From a bacterium (lineage in GTDB: Bacteria; Zhuqueibacterota; Zhuqueibacteria; Residuimicrobiales; Krinioviventaceae): a stretch of 64,000 bases of DNA. Positions 47,145 through 56,612 of the stretch are shown here, piece after piece (the first letter of the stretch is position 1; each line of letters opens with the position of its first letter). A program made the translations under genes and the position numbers. The stretch covers positions 1,440,001-1,504,000 of the forward strand of contig CAXXMD010000002.1 of NCBI GenBank assembly GCA_963675755.2, written 5' to 3'. Below the pieces are notes generated by a model. The model saw only the letters and a list, made by a program, of their open reading frames with translations, ran no database searches and had not been told where the DNA came from.

Positions 47145-48161
47145 CTAGTACATTACCCCGTCGACAGGTGTTTTAAGCTGTCTAACTTCTTCATTCATCC
47201 TGGCCACTCTTTCACAAGTGAGCATAAACTTTTTCGACATACATAAAATCACGTTCGCAGCGTAACGCATAGCCAGATTCTTGTTATTCTGAAAATATTT
47301 TGCAAGATCAGATTTATTTATTACAATCAAATCAAAACTTTCTTCAGATTTTAAAAGCAGCATAAAATTTGTTTTTCCTGATATAAATACAGAAGATTCT
47401 CCAATACTTTCTCCTGCTTTAAAATATCCAATCAAACTATTTCTATACCAGCACGAAAGACTTCCACTTTTTACAATGACCATCTCTTTGGTCGCATCCA
47501 GGATATAATTTTCCCTAACCTGAACCGTTTTTCCCGTTCCCAGATCCAAAATACCTCTCACATGCTGGTCCGGCATATTGGACAAAACAAAGGGTGTAAA
47601 CGCAACAATTTGCTGTTCCTGCACAACAGGTCTGGGAGCAGATTCCGGTCTGGCATGACCATTGGCACCATTTGTACCATTGCTTCCGTTCGTTCCATTT
47701 GTGCCGTTTGTGCCATTATGTGGAACCGGCCTGCTTTGCACGCTTGATCCATTTTGTGGCTTGTTTTCATTTTCCGGTTGTATATTAACAACAGTTGATT
47801 CCTTGTTAAAAAACTTGTTAATGTTGGTAACAAGATTTTTGGCTAAACCGGGTTTAGTAACAAATTCATTAGCGCCGGCTTTTATTGCCTTTTGAGAGAA
47901 ATTCTGACCACTGAACCCGGTAAATGCAATGATATGCGTTTGGGGCGATCGGGTCCGTAATTTCGATATAATCTCAAGACCATTCATCTGACCCGGCAGA
48001 ACCAGGTCAACCAGGGCCAAATCAAAGCTATTTGCGCCAGCTTTCATCACTGCTTCGTCACCATCGGCGGCTGTAACCACTTCATAGCCCTCTAATCTCA
48101 ACAATTCAGCCGAAGTTTCCCGCAAATCCCGTTCATCATCAACTATTAATATCTTATGCAT
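47145..48161 (-). CDS. Response regulator: receiver + low-complexity linker + cNMP-binding-like domain
   Basis: ILIVDDE, FDLALVDLVLPGQMNGLE, FTG, FVTKP; C-terminal IVKSGSL....IG...GESIGE.S. Confidence 0.75.
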   Translation of the reverse strand: MHKILIVDDERDLRETSAELLRLEGYEVVTAADGDEAVMKAGANSFDLALVDLVLPGQMNGLEIISKLRTRSPQTHIIAFTGFSGQNFSQKAIKAGANEFVTKPGLAKNLVTNINKFFNKESTVVNIQPENENKPQNGSSVQSRPVPHNGTNGTNGTNGSNGTNGANGHARPESAPRPVVQEQQIVAFTPFVLSNMPDQHVRGILDLGTGKTVQVRENYILDATKEMVIVKSGSLSCWYRNSLIGYFKAGESIGESSVFISGKTNFMLLLKSEESFDLIVINKSDLAKYFQNNKNLAMRYAANVILCMSKKFMLTCERVARMNEEVRQLKTPVDGVMY

Positions 48162-48179
48162 TCATAACCTCGTTTCACA

Positions 48180-49967
48180 TTATTCCATAGTTGCCGCAAC
48201 AACTTCATCCATACAAGCCCTACCCTGCAACACGCGTGTCCGTGCAGCCGCCCTCAGTGAAACCATACCATATTTTATTGCACTAGCTCGAATTTTGTCA
48301 TCATCCAGATCACCGGATGCTTCCAAAATTATTCTTCGTATATCAGGAGTAAAAGGTAATACTTCATGAATAGCAACACGACCGGAATACCCCTTACGAC
48401 AACTATCACATCCCACCGGTTCATAAATGGTTGCATTTTGTAACTCTTCATCCTTAAACCCGATTGAATTGGCAAATGCCATATCTATATTTTCAACGGG
48501 TTTCTTGCATTTATCACATAAAGTACGCATCAAACGCTGTGCCACAACTAAATTGATAGCATAGGCAATTAAAAAAGGTTCTATACCCATTTTATATAAA
48601 CGAGAAATAACGCTAACTGCGTCATTGGTATGCAAAGTAGAAAATGTAAGGTGACCGGTGTTGGCAAGTTTAATACCAATCTCGGCTGTTTTTTGGTCAC
48701 GAATTTCACCCACCATAACAATGTCAGGGTCGTGACGAAGAATAGCACGTATAGCTTTATCAAAATCCATCTTGTGGCTGATCTTTAACTGCCGTGCTCC
48801 TTTAATATTATATTCCACAGGATCTTCAACAGTCAACACATTCACTTCAGGTGTCATTACCTGATGCAATGCCGCAACAAGTGTGGTACTTTTACCACTA
48901 CCTGTTGGACCTGTTAAAATAACCATACCCTGGGGTTTCTTGATAGCTTTAATAAACTCGGACCTGGCAAAGCCATCAAAACCCAGTTTACCCAGATCGG
49001 TTATAACTTTACGGTCATCGAGCACACGAATAACCACACTTTCATACTTGCGGGTAAACGCGCTTGAAACAATGGGTACAATAGAAACACGAAAACGCAG
49101 CAGGTAATGGTCAATCTCTCTTTGGATAAAACCATCCTGCGCAGTGTCCCATTCAAACCGGTCAACATTACGGGTTCTATCTTTAACCACTGCAAGAAAC
49201 GCTTCCGGTTTTACTCCGTCCTGTCGATGCCACAATTGCAGCTTGCCGTCAATACGGAAATGTATTTCTGTAATATTTCCTTCTTTGGGGATAATATGAA
49301 CATCACTGGCGCCTTTATGAACCGCTTCGATCAAACAACCTTCAAACAAGTTTACCAACAAACTTTTGTTGATTGCTGCTGTCAACTCGTCTTCGTCAAG
49401 CCCTTTATCATCCTCTTCCTCGTCCATCGAAATTGACATCTCTTCAGTAACCTCTTTGAGGTTTTCAAGAAATTGGTTTTCATTGGGCATGGCTTTTTTG
49501 AGGATTTCTTCAACCTCTTCCAACTTGCCATAAGCAAGTTCAAAGCGTTTAAACCCGGCTTGTCTTAGCAACTGATCAATTGTTCGGTCGGTAGGATCAG
49601 GAGTAATGAATATGGTTACTTCATTATTTTTTTCACTGTATCCAAAGGGTAAGATCTTGCGGTTAACAAATGCATCCTGAACATTCTGGGGCAGGTTTTC
49701 ATACATGCTACGAATAAATTTCAACCAGCCTTCCGAGACAGATGCAGCATCTATTTTAATTTCACGAAAAGCATAAACCCGACAAAACGCCTGGTAAACT
49801 TTGTGACGATCATATCCTAATTCATTGATTAAAACATTTTCAAGACTCTGCTTTTTATCAGAATTCTTTACTATATCGTTGACTTTGGCAAGGTCTTCCT
49901 GATTACAGAGACCTTCTCTGATCAACATTTCAACAACTGTATTTGGAATTTGTGTATTTGCTATCAT
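48180..49967 (-). CDS. pilB: Type IV pilus extension ATPase
   Basis: ASDVHI.P, FRIDG.L, AQDG, VILTGPTGSGKSTTL, TVEDPVEY, LRHDPDIVMVGEIRD, TGHLTFSTLHTND, CDKC...CDSC zinc motif, GRVAIHE. Confidence 0.93.
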   Translation of the reverse strand: MIANTQIPNTVVEMLIREGLCNQEDLAKVNDIVKNSDKKQSLENVLINELGYDRHKVYQAFCRVYAFREIKIDAASVSEGWLKFIRSMYENLPQNVQDAFVNRKILPFGYSEKNNEVTIFITPDPTDRTIDQLLRQAGFKRFELAYGKLEEVEEILKKAMPNENQFLENLKEVTEEMSISMDEEEDDKGLDEDELTAAINKSLLVNLFEGCLIEAVHKGASDVHIIPKEGNITEIHFRIDGKLQLWHRQDGVKPEAFLAVVKDRTRNVDRFEWDTAQDGFIQREIDHYLLRFRVSIVPIVSSAFTRKYESVVIRVLDDRKVITDLGKLGFDGFARSEFIKAIKKPQGMVILTGPTGSGKSTTLVAALHQVMTPEVNVLTVEDPVEYNIKGARQLKISHKMDFDKAIRAILRHDPDIVMVGEIRDQKTAEIGIKLANTGHLTFSTLHTNDAVSVISRLYKMGIEPFLIAYAINLVVAQRLMRTLCDKCKKPVENIDMAFANSIGFKDEELQNATIYEPVGCDSCRKGYSGRVAIHEVLPFTPDIRRIILEASGDLDDDKIRASAIKYGMVSLRAAARTRVLQGRACMDEVVAATME

Positions 49968-49969
49968 TT

Positions 49970-51316
49970 TTACATTCCCATTCCTGGTATTTTGGGTGAG
50001 AACACTGCAGTTTCCGAAGAAACTACGGTCAACAATGTCATCACAATCATGATGATCATAGAAACAAATACCTGGATCCAGTCCACAATGGCCTGCATCT
50101 TGTATTTGGATTCTTTTTCATAATAACGTGCAATCTGCAAACTCACTTTTTTCAATGTACCAGATTCAGCACCGGTATTGAAACGAGTAAGCGCATTATC
50201 TGTAAATACTTCTGCTGCTTTTAATGATTCTACAAATCCTTTACCTTCCCGGACCATCATAGGTATTGTAATTTCTTTGATCTGTTTTTCCATATATTTA
50301 TTTCTGCAAGCTTCGGCAGCAGTTCGAATCACTTCAATATTTTCACCGGATCCACTGTACATGGAATTGAATACACGGCAAAAAATCTCAATCGATGTTT
50401 TATGCATGATGGGTCCAAGTATTGGAGCTTTTATTGATATCTTGCCAACAACAACCTGACCCTTTTTGGTCACTGCCAGACGTAATAAAACTATTGGAGG
50501 AACAACCATTGCAAGTATAATCCACACTATATTGGCTGTAAGGAAATGACTCATTTTCAAACTAAAATCAGTCATTGGGGGAAGCTCTGCACCAAAACTG
50601 GCAAACATTTCAGCAGTTTCGGGAAAAATGTAACCGATATAAAATATAACAGCACCCAGCAACACCAGCATTGTAATTGTTGGCATTAACAAAGCGCTTT
50701 TGATACTTTTTTGAAAATCATGAACACGTTCTAAAAAGATAGCGGTATTTTCATATACTTCTGCCATATTACCACTCTTGGAAGCAACACCCAACATCTT
50801 TGCCGGGAACTTGCCCAAAAAGGCTTCCTGTTTTCCAAAAACTTCTTCACCGTCTTTACCATCTTTTAAATCGCTCAAGATCTCTTTAATAATCTTTTTC
50901 ATGGACTTGTTATTGATGTCAGTTTCCAAAAGAGTTAAAATTTCATCAAAAGGAAGTTTCTCTCTCAACAAGTCAGCAGATAAACGAATAAAAGTAATGA
51001 TATCTCCCTGTGGGGGTTTCATTCGTACATCAATGAGACTCTTTTCAACATGGACATTATCAAAGCCCATGCGTCTGAGTGCGAGTTCAACTTCTTCTTT
51101 TGAATAAGCCTGCTGTTCACCTCGAATTGGAGAACCACCCTGCCGGCTTACTTTATACAAATATGTTGCTTTCTTTTGTATAGAGTTGAGCGTAAAACCC
51201 TTCTGACGGGAGATAAGCGCAATCCTCTGTTTCGCTTCAGATTTGTTTTTGGCTTCAATAAACCCCGAAACACGCTTTTGATTTGGGGTCATTCCTGTAT
51301 ATCTAAATTCAGCCAT
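49970..51316 (-). CDS. pilC: Type IV pilus platform protein (PilC/GspF)
   Basis: MAEFRYTG, SGNM.EV, IKSALLMP, F..FGAELPPMT, GAESGTL....IARYYE. Confidence 0.9.
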   Translation of the reverse strand: MAEFRYTGMTPNQKRVSGFIEAKNKSEAKQRIALISRQKGFTLNSIQKKATYLYKVSRQGGSPIRGEQQAYSKEEVELALRRMGFDNVHVEKSLIDVRMKPPQGDIITFIRLSADLLREKLPFDEILTLLETDINNKSMKKIIKEILSDLKDGKDGEEVFGKQEAFLGKFPAKMLGVASKSGNMAEVYENTAIFLERVHDFQKSIKSALLMPTITMLVLLGAVIFYIGYIFPETAEMFASFGAELPPMTDFSLKMSHFLTANIVWIILAMVVPPIVLLRLAVTKKGQVVVGKISIKAPILGPIMHKTSIEIFCRVFNSMYSGSGENIEVIRTAAEACRNKYMEKQIKEITIPMMVREGKGFVESLKAAEVFTDNALTRFNTGAESGTLKKVSLQIARYYEKESKYKMQAIVDWIQVFVSMIIMIVMTLLTVVSSETAVFSPKIPGMGM

Positions 51317-51340
51317 TGTTCTCTTTTATCTCCTTTTACT

Positions 51341-51374
51341 AAAAAAGGGCCCAGTGTGTTGCCGGGCCCTTTTT
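51341..51374 (-). terminator. Intrinsic terminator between the major pilin gene and pilC
   Basis: AAAAAAGGGCCCAG-TGTGTTG-CCGGGCCCTTTTT GC-rich hairpin with A/T tracts on both sides. Confidence 0.8.
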
Positions 51375-51494
51375 GATTCGAACATGATACTATAGTAATG
51401 ATAGAGCTTTATTACTCTTTTATGATGTTAATCCAATTTGCCCAACTATAATTATCAATACATTCGTTAAATATCATCTAGTTATTTACGGTTC

Positions 51495-51923
51495 TTAACT
51501 GCCTGAAGAAACACGGTCAATTGAAGTAATAGAAATGCTGTTAGCTTGAACTTCCATTACAACCTGAGCCACATTACTATCTTTGTCCTGAAAAGTTCCA
51601 ACACCCTGCAAAGAAACTGCAGTTGCGGTTCCAGCGGTAGAAATAGTATAAGCGCCATTTTCAGTTGACCAAGAAGTAGCTGAGCTACCTACTGGTGCCA
51701 TATCTTGCATTGCGATACCAACAAATGAATTGCCGCCGCCACCCATACTGGTGGGTTTTACAAAATATTGTTGTGCTTTTGCAGCAAGGTTTGTCAAGTC
51801 ATTAATGACTGCTTCCTGATTTGAAGATGCAGCAGATGCACCAAACATTTGAATACCAACTACTACTGCAATACCTACAATAATTACAGAAAGAACGATG
51901 AGTAAAAGTTGCTGTTGACCCAT
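51495..51923 (-). CDS. Putative major type IV pilin without a class III leader peptide
   Basis: 142 aa: MGQQQLLLIVLSVIIVGIAVVVGIQMF hydrophobic helix, amphipathic helix to AQQYF, small Ser/Thr/Gly-rich head. First gene of the pilus locus, with SD AAGGAG and its own terminator. Confidence 0.75.
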   Translation of the reverse strand: MGQQQLLLIVLSVIIVGIAVVVGIQMFGASAASSNQEAVINDLTNLAAKAQQYFVKPTSMGGGGNSFVGIAMQDMAPVGSSATSWSTENGAYTISTAGTATAVSLQGVGTFQDKDSNVAQVVMEVQANSISITSIDRVSSGS

Positions 51924-52002
51924 TATAAACTCCTTTTGTTAATTAAATGTGTTTGTTTTGTTTTATCTTATTTTTAATTATTTCCAATTTCACTAATGTT
52001 TT

Positions 52003-52018
52003 ATCAAACATTATGCCA
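52003..52018 (-). promoter_or_regulatory. Putative sigma54 promoter (proximal) for the pilin gene
   Basis: Minus strand TGGCATAATGTTTGAT = GG-N10-GA, a -24/-12 element with a variant -12. Confidence 0.45.
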
Positions 52019-52128
52019 GAACTCTATTTATCACACCAACTTTTCAAAAAACGCCATAATTATTTGTTTTATAAAAAATTAAAATGCTCAATATTTATAC
52101 AACATCTCTTTTTTCATTTTAAATACAT

Positions 52129-52144
52129 AGCAAAAGTATTGCCT
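52129..52144 (-). promoter_or_regulatory. Putative sigma54 promoter (distal) for the pilin gene
   Basis: Minus strand AGGCAATACTTTTGCT = GG-N10-GC with TTGC. Confidence 0.5.
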
Positions 52145-52533
52145 GCAAGGGACAATTCATGGTTCAAATCTTCTTTTTTGGGGCATTTGGGTCAACAATT
52201 ACACATTTCAGGCTTGAATTTGGATTTTTTTTTATGGATTCAATTAATTTTCTGCAAAATGATTGACAAAAAGTATATATAGATAAAGAAAATCAGAAAA
52301 TTTAATTTTTCTGCTACCAAATTTACGAAATATTCATAGCAAACACCGCCTAACGTGAGACAATGGGGCAACACATTCATATTGGGTGGTTACTCAATGT
52401 CACACGTTTATCCTTTCCTTTTCTTTTATCTATTATAAAACAAGCTTTCGGGGTTTACTAAATACATGCATAAAAGGATTGCTTCATTTTTGAAAAATTT
52501 GTACTTTACTCGTCTAATGAACAAGGCGATTAT

Positions 52534-54093
52534 ATGAAAGACAGCAAAAAAATATTATGGGTGGATGACGAGATTGATCTCTTGCGCCCGCATATTCTGT
52601 TTCTTGAAAGCAAGGGATATGATGTTACATCTGTAGCTAATGCTGAAGATGGTATTGAGCTGGTCAAACAGACTGAATTTGATATCATTCTTTTAGATGA
52701 AATGCTGCACGGCATAGATGGGTTAACAGCACTCAATGAAATTAAAGCAATCAACCCCGGGCTGCCGGTAATTATGGTAACAAAGAGTGAAGAAGAAGCA
52801 TTAATGGAAGACGCTATTGGCGCCAAGATTGATGACTATTTAACAAAGCCCGTTAATCCAAGTCAAATTTTGCTGGTCTGTAAAAAGATACTGGACAGTA
52901 AAAAAATCGCCGGTCAAAGAATTTCCCGGGACTATACCATGGAGTTTAACAAAATTGCTATGCAATTGATGGGACCCATGGAATGGCAGGACTGGGTAGA
53001 CATTCATAACAAGTTATCAGAATGGGATGTAGAGTTGGACTCGCACCCCGATCTGGGTTTAAAACAAACCCTATACGATCAGAAAAAAGAATGCAACGCC
53101 GAGTTTGGAAGATTTATTGAAAAAAACTATCTGGATTGGATCAACAGCGACGACCATCCTCCAATGTCTGTAGATGTAATACCCAAGTTTGTATTTCCAC
53201 ATATAAAAGAAAATAAAAAAACCATTCTATTGATTATTGACAATCTGCGTCTTGATCAGTGGATGGCAATTGAGCCGTTATTGCGCTCATATTTCAAAAT
53301 CCAGCGGGACCATTATTGTTCCATTTTACCAACCGCTACCCCCTATTCCCGAAATGCCATTTTCAGCGGACTTTATCCTCTGGAGATTGAAAAGCAATAT
53401 CCGGAAATGTGGTCAAGTGGTGAAGATGAGGATGATATCAGCCTGAATCGATATGAAGGCGAGTTGATGTTAAAGCTGTTGGAAAGGGAAAACATTCATC
53501 TGAAACCCGAACCCAAATACGCCAAAATATTAGACATGCAGGAAGCTCAAAACGTTGCCCGTGATATTCACGATTATGCCAACACCCCGTTCTCTGCAAT
53601 TGTCATCAACTTTGTAGACATACTTGCACACTCGCGCAGTTCATCTACACTTATAAAAGAAATGATTCCCAACGAAGCTGCTTTTAGGTCTACAACCAAA
53701 TCATGGTTTGAACATGCCCACATATATTCGGCACTCCGTTCCCTTGCAGAAAATGGCAATACTGTTGTAATTACATCTGATCATGGCAGTATACAAAGTC
53801 ATCGCGGAACCAAAGTAATCGGCGACAGACACACATCTACCAGTTTACGATATAAATTCGGAAGAAATCTCAAAGTCAGCAACAAGCATGCGCTATTCAT
53901 CAAAGATCCCCGTGCGTACCGGTTACCTGTTCGCGGTGTAAATACAAATTACATCATGGCCAAAGAAGATTATTATTTTGTTTATCCAACAAATTATCAC
54001 CACTTTTTAAATTATTATGCCGACAGTTTTCAGCATGGCGGCATTTCATTAGAAGAACTAGTTTTACCGGTGATCACTCTTGAACCCAGATAA
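52534..54093 (+). CDS. porX: PorX-like response regulator (receiver + PglZ/alkaline-phosphatase domain)
   Basis: ILWVDDEIDLLRPHILFLE.KGY, MVTKSEEE.LMEDAIG.KI.DYL.KPVNPSQI, LPTATPYSRNAIFSG, TSDHG, FQHGGISLEE. Confidence 0.9.
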   Translation: MKDSKKILWVDDEIDLLRPHILFLESKGYDVTSVANAEDGIELVKQTEFDIILLDEMLHGIDGLTALNEIKAINPGLPVIMVTKSEEEALMEDAIGAKIDDYLTKPVNPSQILLVCKKILDSKKIAGQRISRDYTMEFNKIAMQLMGPMEWQDWVDIHNKLSEWDVELDSHPDLGLKQTLYDQKKECNAEFGRFIEKNYLDWINSDDHPPMSVDVIPKFVFPHIKENKKTILLIIDNLRLDQWMAIEPLLRSYFKIQRDHYCSILPTATPYSRNAIFSGLYPLEIEKQYPEMWSSGEDEDDISLNRYEGELMLKLLERENIHLKPEPKYAKILDMQEAQNVARDIHDYANTPFSAIVINFVDILAHSRSSSTLIKEMIPNEAAFRSTTKSWFEHAHIYSALRSLAENGNTVVITSDHGSIQSHRGTKVIGDRHTSTSLRYKFGRNLKVSNKHALFIKDPRAYRLPVRGVNTNYIMAKEDYYFVYPTNYHHFLNYYADSFQHGGISLEELVLPVITLEPR

Positions 54094-54544
54094 CAAAAAT
54101 AAAGTCGTATTTGATAAACAATCAACCAGTCCTGAAAACACACAGGAATACGGTAGGTCTTTTGCTGCGTTATTAAAGCAAGGCGATATTATTTGTTTTA
54201 CCGGGAATTTAGGTAGTGGAAAAACTACTTTTATAAAAGGATTATGTGTGGGCCTGGAAGTGAATGATTATGTAACCAGTCCTACTTTTACATTGATAAA
54301 CGAATACAAAGGCAAGCTGCCTGTTTATCACTTTGATTTTTATCGCATCCCCCAGGCTGAAGAGCTTGATGAATTGGGACTGGATGAATATCTGTATGGT
54401 GATGGTATTTGTCTTTTGGAATGGCCTGAAATTATATTGAATTCAATTAACAGTTCTTACTATATGGTTACAATGCAGCATTGCTTTGACAGCGGCAATG
54501 AAACAACAAGACAAGTCACAATAACCTTTAACGGGATCCAATAG
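54080..54544 (+). CDS. tsaE: tRNA threonylcarbamoyladenosine biosynthesis ATPase
   Basis: GNLGSGKTTF, VTSPTFTLINEY, HFDFYR, LEWPE. Confidence 0.95.
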   Translation: MNPDNKNKVVFDKQSTSPENTQEYGRSFAALLKQGDIICFTGNLGSGKTTFIKGLCVGLEVNDYVTSPTFTLINEYKGKLPVYHFDFYRIPQAEELDELGLDEYLYGDGICLLEWPEIILNSINSSYYMVTMQHCFDSGNETTRQVTITFNGIQ

Positions 54545-54545
54545 A

Positions 54546-55229
54546 ATGCTGATTTTAGGAATAGAGACATCTACGATGGTTTGCGCGGTTGCCCTTGCTG
54601 ATGAAAAAGGTCTTGTTGTTGAAAGCCGTTTGAATATCAAAAACATTCATGCACAAAAGATCCATGCAATGGTGGATGATCTGTTTACAACCGCGGACTT
54701 GGATCTGAATGATCTGGATGGAATTGCTGTTTCCATAGGACCCGGTTCATTTACCGGATTACGAATAGGGCTTGCAGCCGCCAAGGGATTGGCACTACCA
54801 ACCGATATTCCTATAACGGCAGTCCCCACCTTGAAGGCAATTGCCCAAAAGGCGCCAATCATGGATGGTAAAGTAGCTGCTGTACTTCGGGCCCGTAAAA
54901 ACGAATATTATTATGCATTGTTTGAACGTAACAATTTTATAAATGAACTAGTTCAAGATGTAACAATTATAACACTTGATGATATTGCTAAAGAGATCCC
55001 TAAAGACGCGTTGCTTATAGGACACACGGACGAACTTGATACGCTTTTGCAAAACAAAGCTGCACCAGCACAGTTTTCGCTGCCGGATGCGGTTACAATA
55101 GCAAAGATAGGGTTGGAACAAATTCGCAATAATAACATTCAACCCATTGATACTATTGAGCCTGTATATCATCAAGACTTTATTGCTGGAAAGCCAAAAT
55201 CACCGGTAATTTCGTTTGATCAACAATAG
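54546..55229 (+). CDS. tsaB: tRNA threonylcarbamoyladenosine biosynthesis protein
   Basis: ILGIETST, GPGSFTGLRIG, AR.NE.Y, EPVY. Confidence 0.95.
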   Translation: MLILGIETSTMVCAVALADEKGLVVESRLNIKNIHAQKIHAMVDDLFTTADLDLNDLDGIAVSIGPGSFTGLRIGLAAAKGLALPTDIPITAVPTLKAIAQKAPIMDGKVAAVLRARKNEYYYALFERNNFINELVQDVTIITLDDIAKEIPKDALLIGHTDELDTLLQNKAAPAQFSLPDAVTIAKIGLEQIRNNNIQPIDTIEPVYHQDFIAGKPKSPVISFDQQ

Positions 55230-55238
55230 AGAATTAGC

Positions 55239-55712
55239 TTGGAATTTTTTAAGCAGTTAAACGAGAATGTTACCCTTCAAGTAAGACAAATGCAGGAAAG
55301 TGATATTGACCAGGTTGCTGAATTAGAAAAAGAAATTTTTCCCAACCCCTGGTCCAAAGTATCATTTGCAGCAGAGTTATTGCATAAATATTCAATATGT
55401 CTGGTGGTTTTTGACGACGAACGTATTATTGCCTATTCAGTTAACTGGTTCATTGAAGACGAGCTACATATTGCCAATCTTGCGGTTTCAAGTGACTATC
55501 GCAAAATGGGTATTGCCTCCTGGTTGATGGAAATCATTCTGTCTCTTTCAGAATCCATTTCAACACGCGTGATTCATTTGGAGGTTAGAAAATCGAATGA
55601 ACAGGCAATAAACCTGTATAAAAAATTTGGTTTTAAAGAAGTGGGTCTACGTAAAAATTATTATGAAAAAGAGCACGAAGACGCACTATTAATGAGTTTA
55701 AATTTAAATTGA
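55239..55712 (+). CDS. rimI: Ribosomal-protein S18 alanine N-acetyltransferase
   Basis: F.NPWS, ELHIANLAV...R.MG.A, LEVRKSN..A..LY.KFGF...G.RKNYY...EDALLM. Confidence 0.92.
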   Translation: MEFFKQLNENVTLQVRQMQESDIDQVAELEKEIFPNPWSKVSFAAELLHKYSICLVVFDDERIIAYSVNWFIEDELHIANLAVSSDYRKMGIASWLMEIILSLSESISTRVIHLEVRKSNEQAINLYKKFGFKEVGLRKNYYEKEHEDALLMSLNLN

Positions 55713-55727
55713 ACAAATGGAGTTCTT

Positions 55728-56612
55728 ATGGCCTGGTTTAAACGAGGACAAAAAGGTCCAACCACACAAACAAAAAAAGAGTTGCCCAACGGTGTTTGGA
55801 TCAAATGTGAGAGCTGCAATGAAGTACTTTATATGAAAGAGCTGCAAAAAAACATGCATGTATGCTCAAAATGTGATCATCACTTTCGAATTACCAGTGA
55901 TGATTATATTGCTATCATTACAGACCAAGATTCTTTCAAAGAGATAAATCCCAACATTCAACCCATAGACTCGCTAAAATTCAAAGATTCAAAACGATAC
56001 AGCGACCGTATTAAAACCGCAGTTCAAAAAACCGGTTTGGCAGAAGCTGTTAAAACCGGTACATGCACCATTGAACAATTGCCGGTGGTTTTAGCGGTAA
56101 TGGATTTTAGATTTATTGGTGGCAGTATGGGTTCTGTTGTTGGCGAAAAAATTGCGCGTGCAACAAAGCTGGCAATCGAAAAAAAGCACCCACTCATTAT
56201 CATTTCTGCATCCGGTGGAGCACGAATGCAGGAATCTGCACTCTCTCTCATGCAAATGGCCAAAACTTCCGCCTATCTTGCCAGGTTGGCAGATGCCAAA
56301 GTTCCCTATATTTCCATTTTAACCCATCCGACAACCGGTGGAGTTACCGCAAGTTTTTCAATGCTGGGCGATGTCATTCTTGCAGAACCCAAAGCGTTAA
56401 TTGGCTTTGCAGGTCCACGGGTTATAAAACAAACCATAGGCCAGGACCTTCCCGAAGGTTTTCAACGCTCCGAATTTTTACTGGAACATGGATTTGTAGA
56501 TACAATTGTACACAGGCACAAGCTCAAAGAAACATTGTATAATATTCTAACCTTTATGCCTCACAATGCTCCTGCAGCTGCCGCTCAAATTTCGAATAAT
56601 GGGGGCTATTGA
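55728..56612 (+). CDS. accD: Acetyl-CoA carboxylase carboxyltransferase beta subunit
   Basis: WIKCESC..C..C zinc finger, GGSMGSVVGEK, SGGARMQE, PTTGGVTASF, GFAGPRVI, FQRSEFLLEHG. Confidence 0.97.
   Translation: MAWFKRGQKGPTTQTKKELPNGVWIKCESCNEVLYMKELQKNMHVCSKCDHHFRITSDDYIAIITDQDSFKEINPNIQPIDSLKFKDSKRYSDRIKTAVQKTGLAEAVKTGTCTIEQLPVVLAVMDFRFIGGSMGSVVGEKIARATKLAIEKKHPLIIISASGGARMQESALSLMQMAKTSAYLARLADAKVPYISILTHPTTGGVTASFSMLGDVILAEPKALIGFAGPRVIKQTIGQDLPEGFQRSEFLLEHGFVDTIVHRHKLKETLYNILTFMPHNAPAAAAQISNNGGY

Noticed and set aside
47655-47720. NGT repeats as collagen-like or ice-binding domain
   Set aside because: Only about seven triplets inside a cytoplasmic regulator linker, too short to support either call.
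35247-51923. Calling the locus a type II secretion system or Tad pilus
   Set aside because: A clear PilT retraction ATPase, a single PilC and a PilB-type ATPase argue for a T4aP-like machine; there are no TadA/TadB/TadC/RcpC signatures.
51923-51945. Missed upstream start giving the pilin a normal leader
   Set aside because: The upstream in-frame codons read TAA CAA AAG GAG TTT ATA ATG, a stop with no ATG/GTG/TTG in between; the SD sits correctly before this ATG.
51924-52533. c-di-GMP riboswitch or a real 111-aa gene (51947..52282) upstream of the pilin
   Set aside because: I could not find the GEMM consensus. The ORF is a low-complexity F/L/I/K-rich reading of AT-rich DNA with no SD, overlapping the promoter-like elements.
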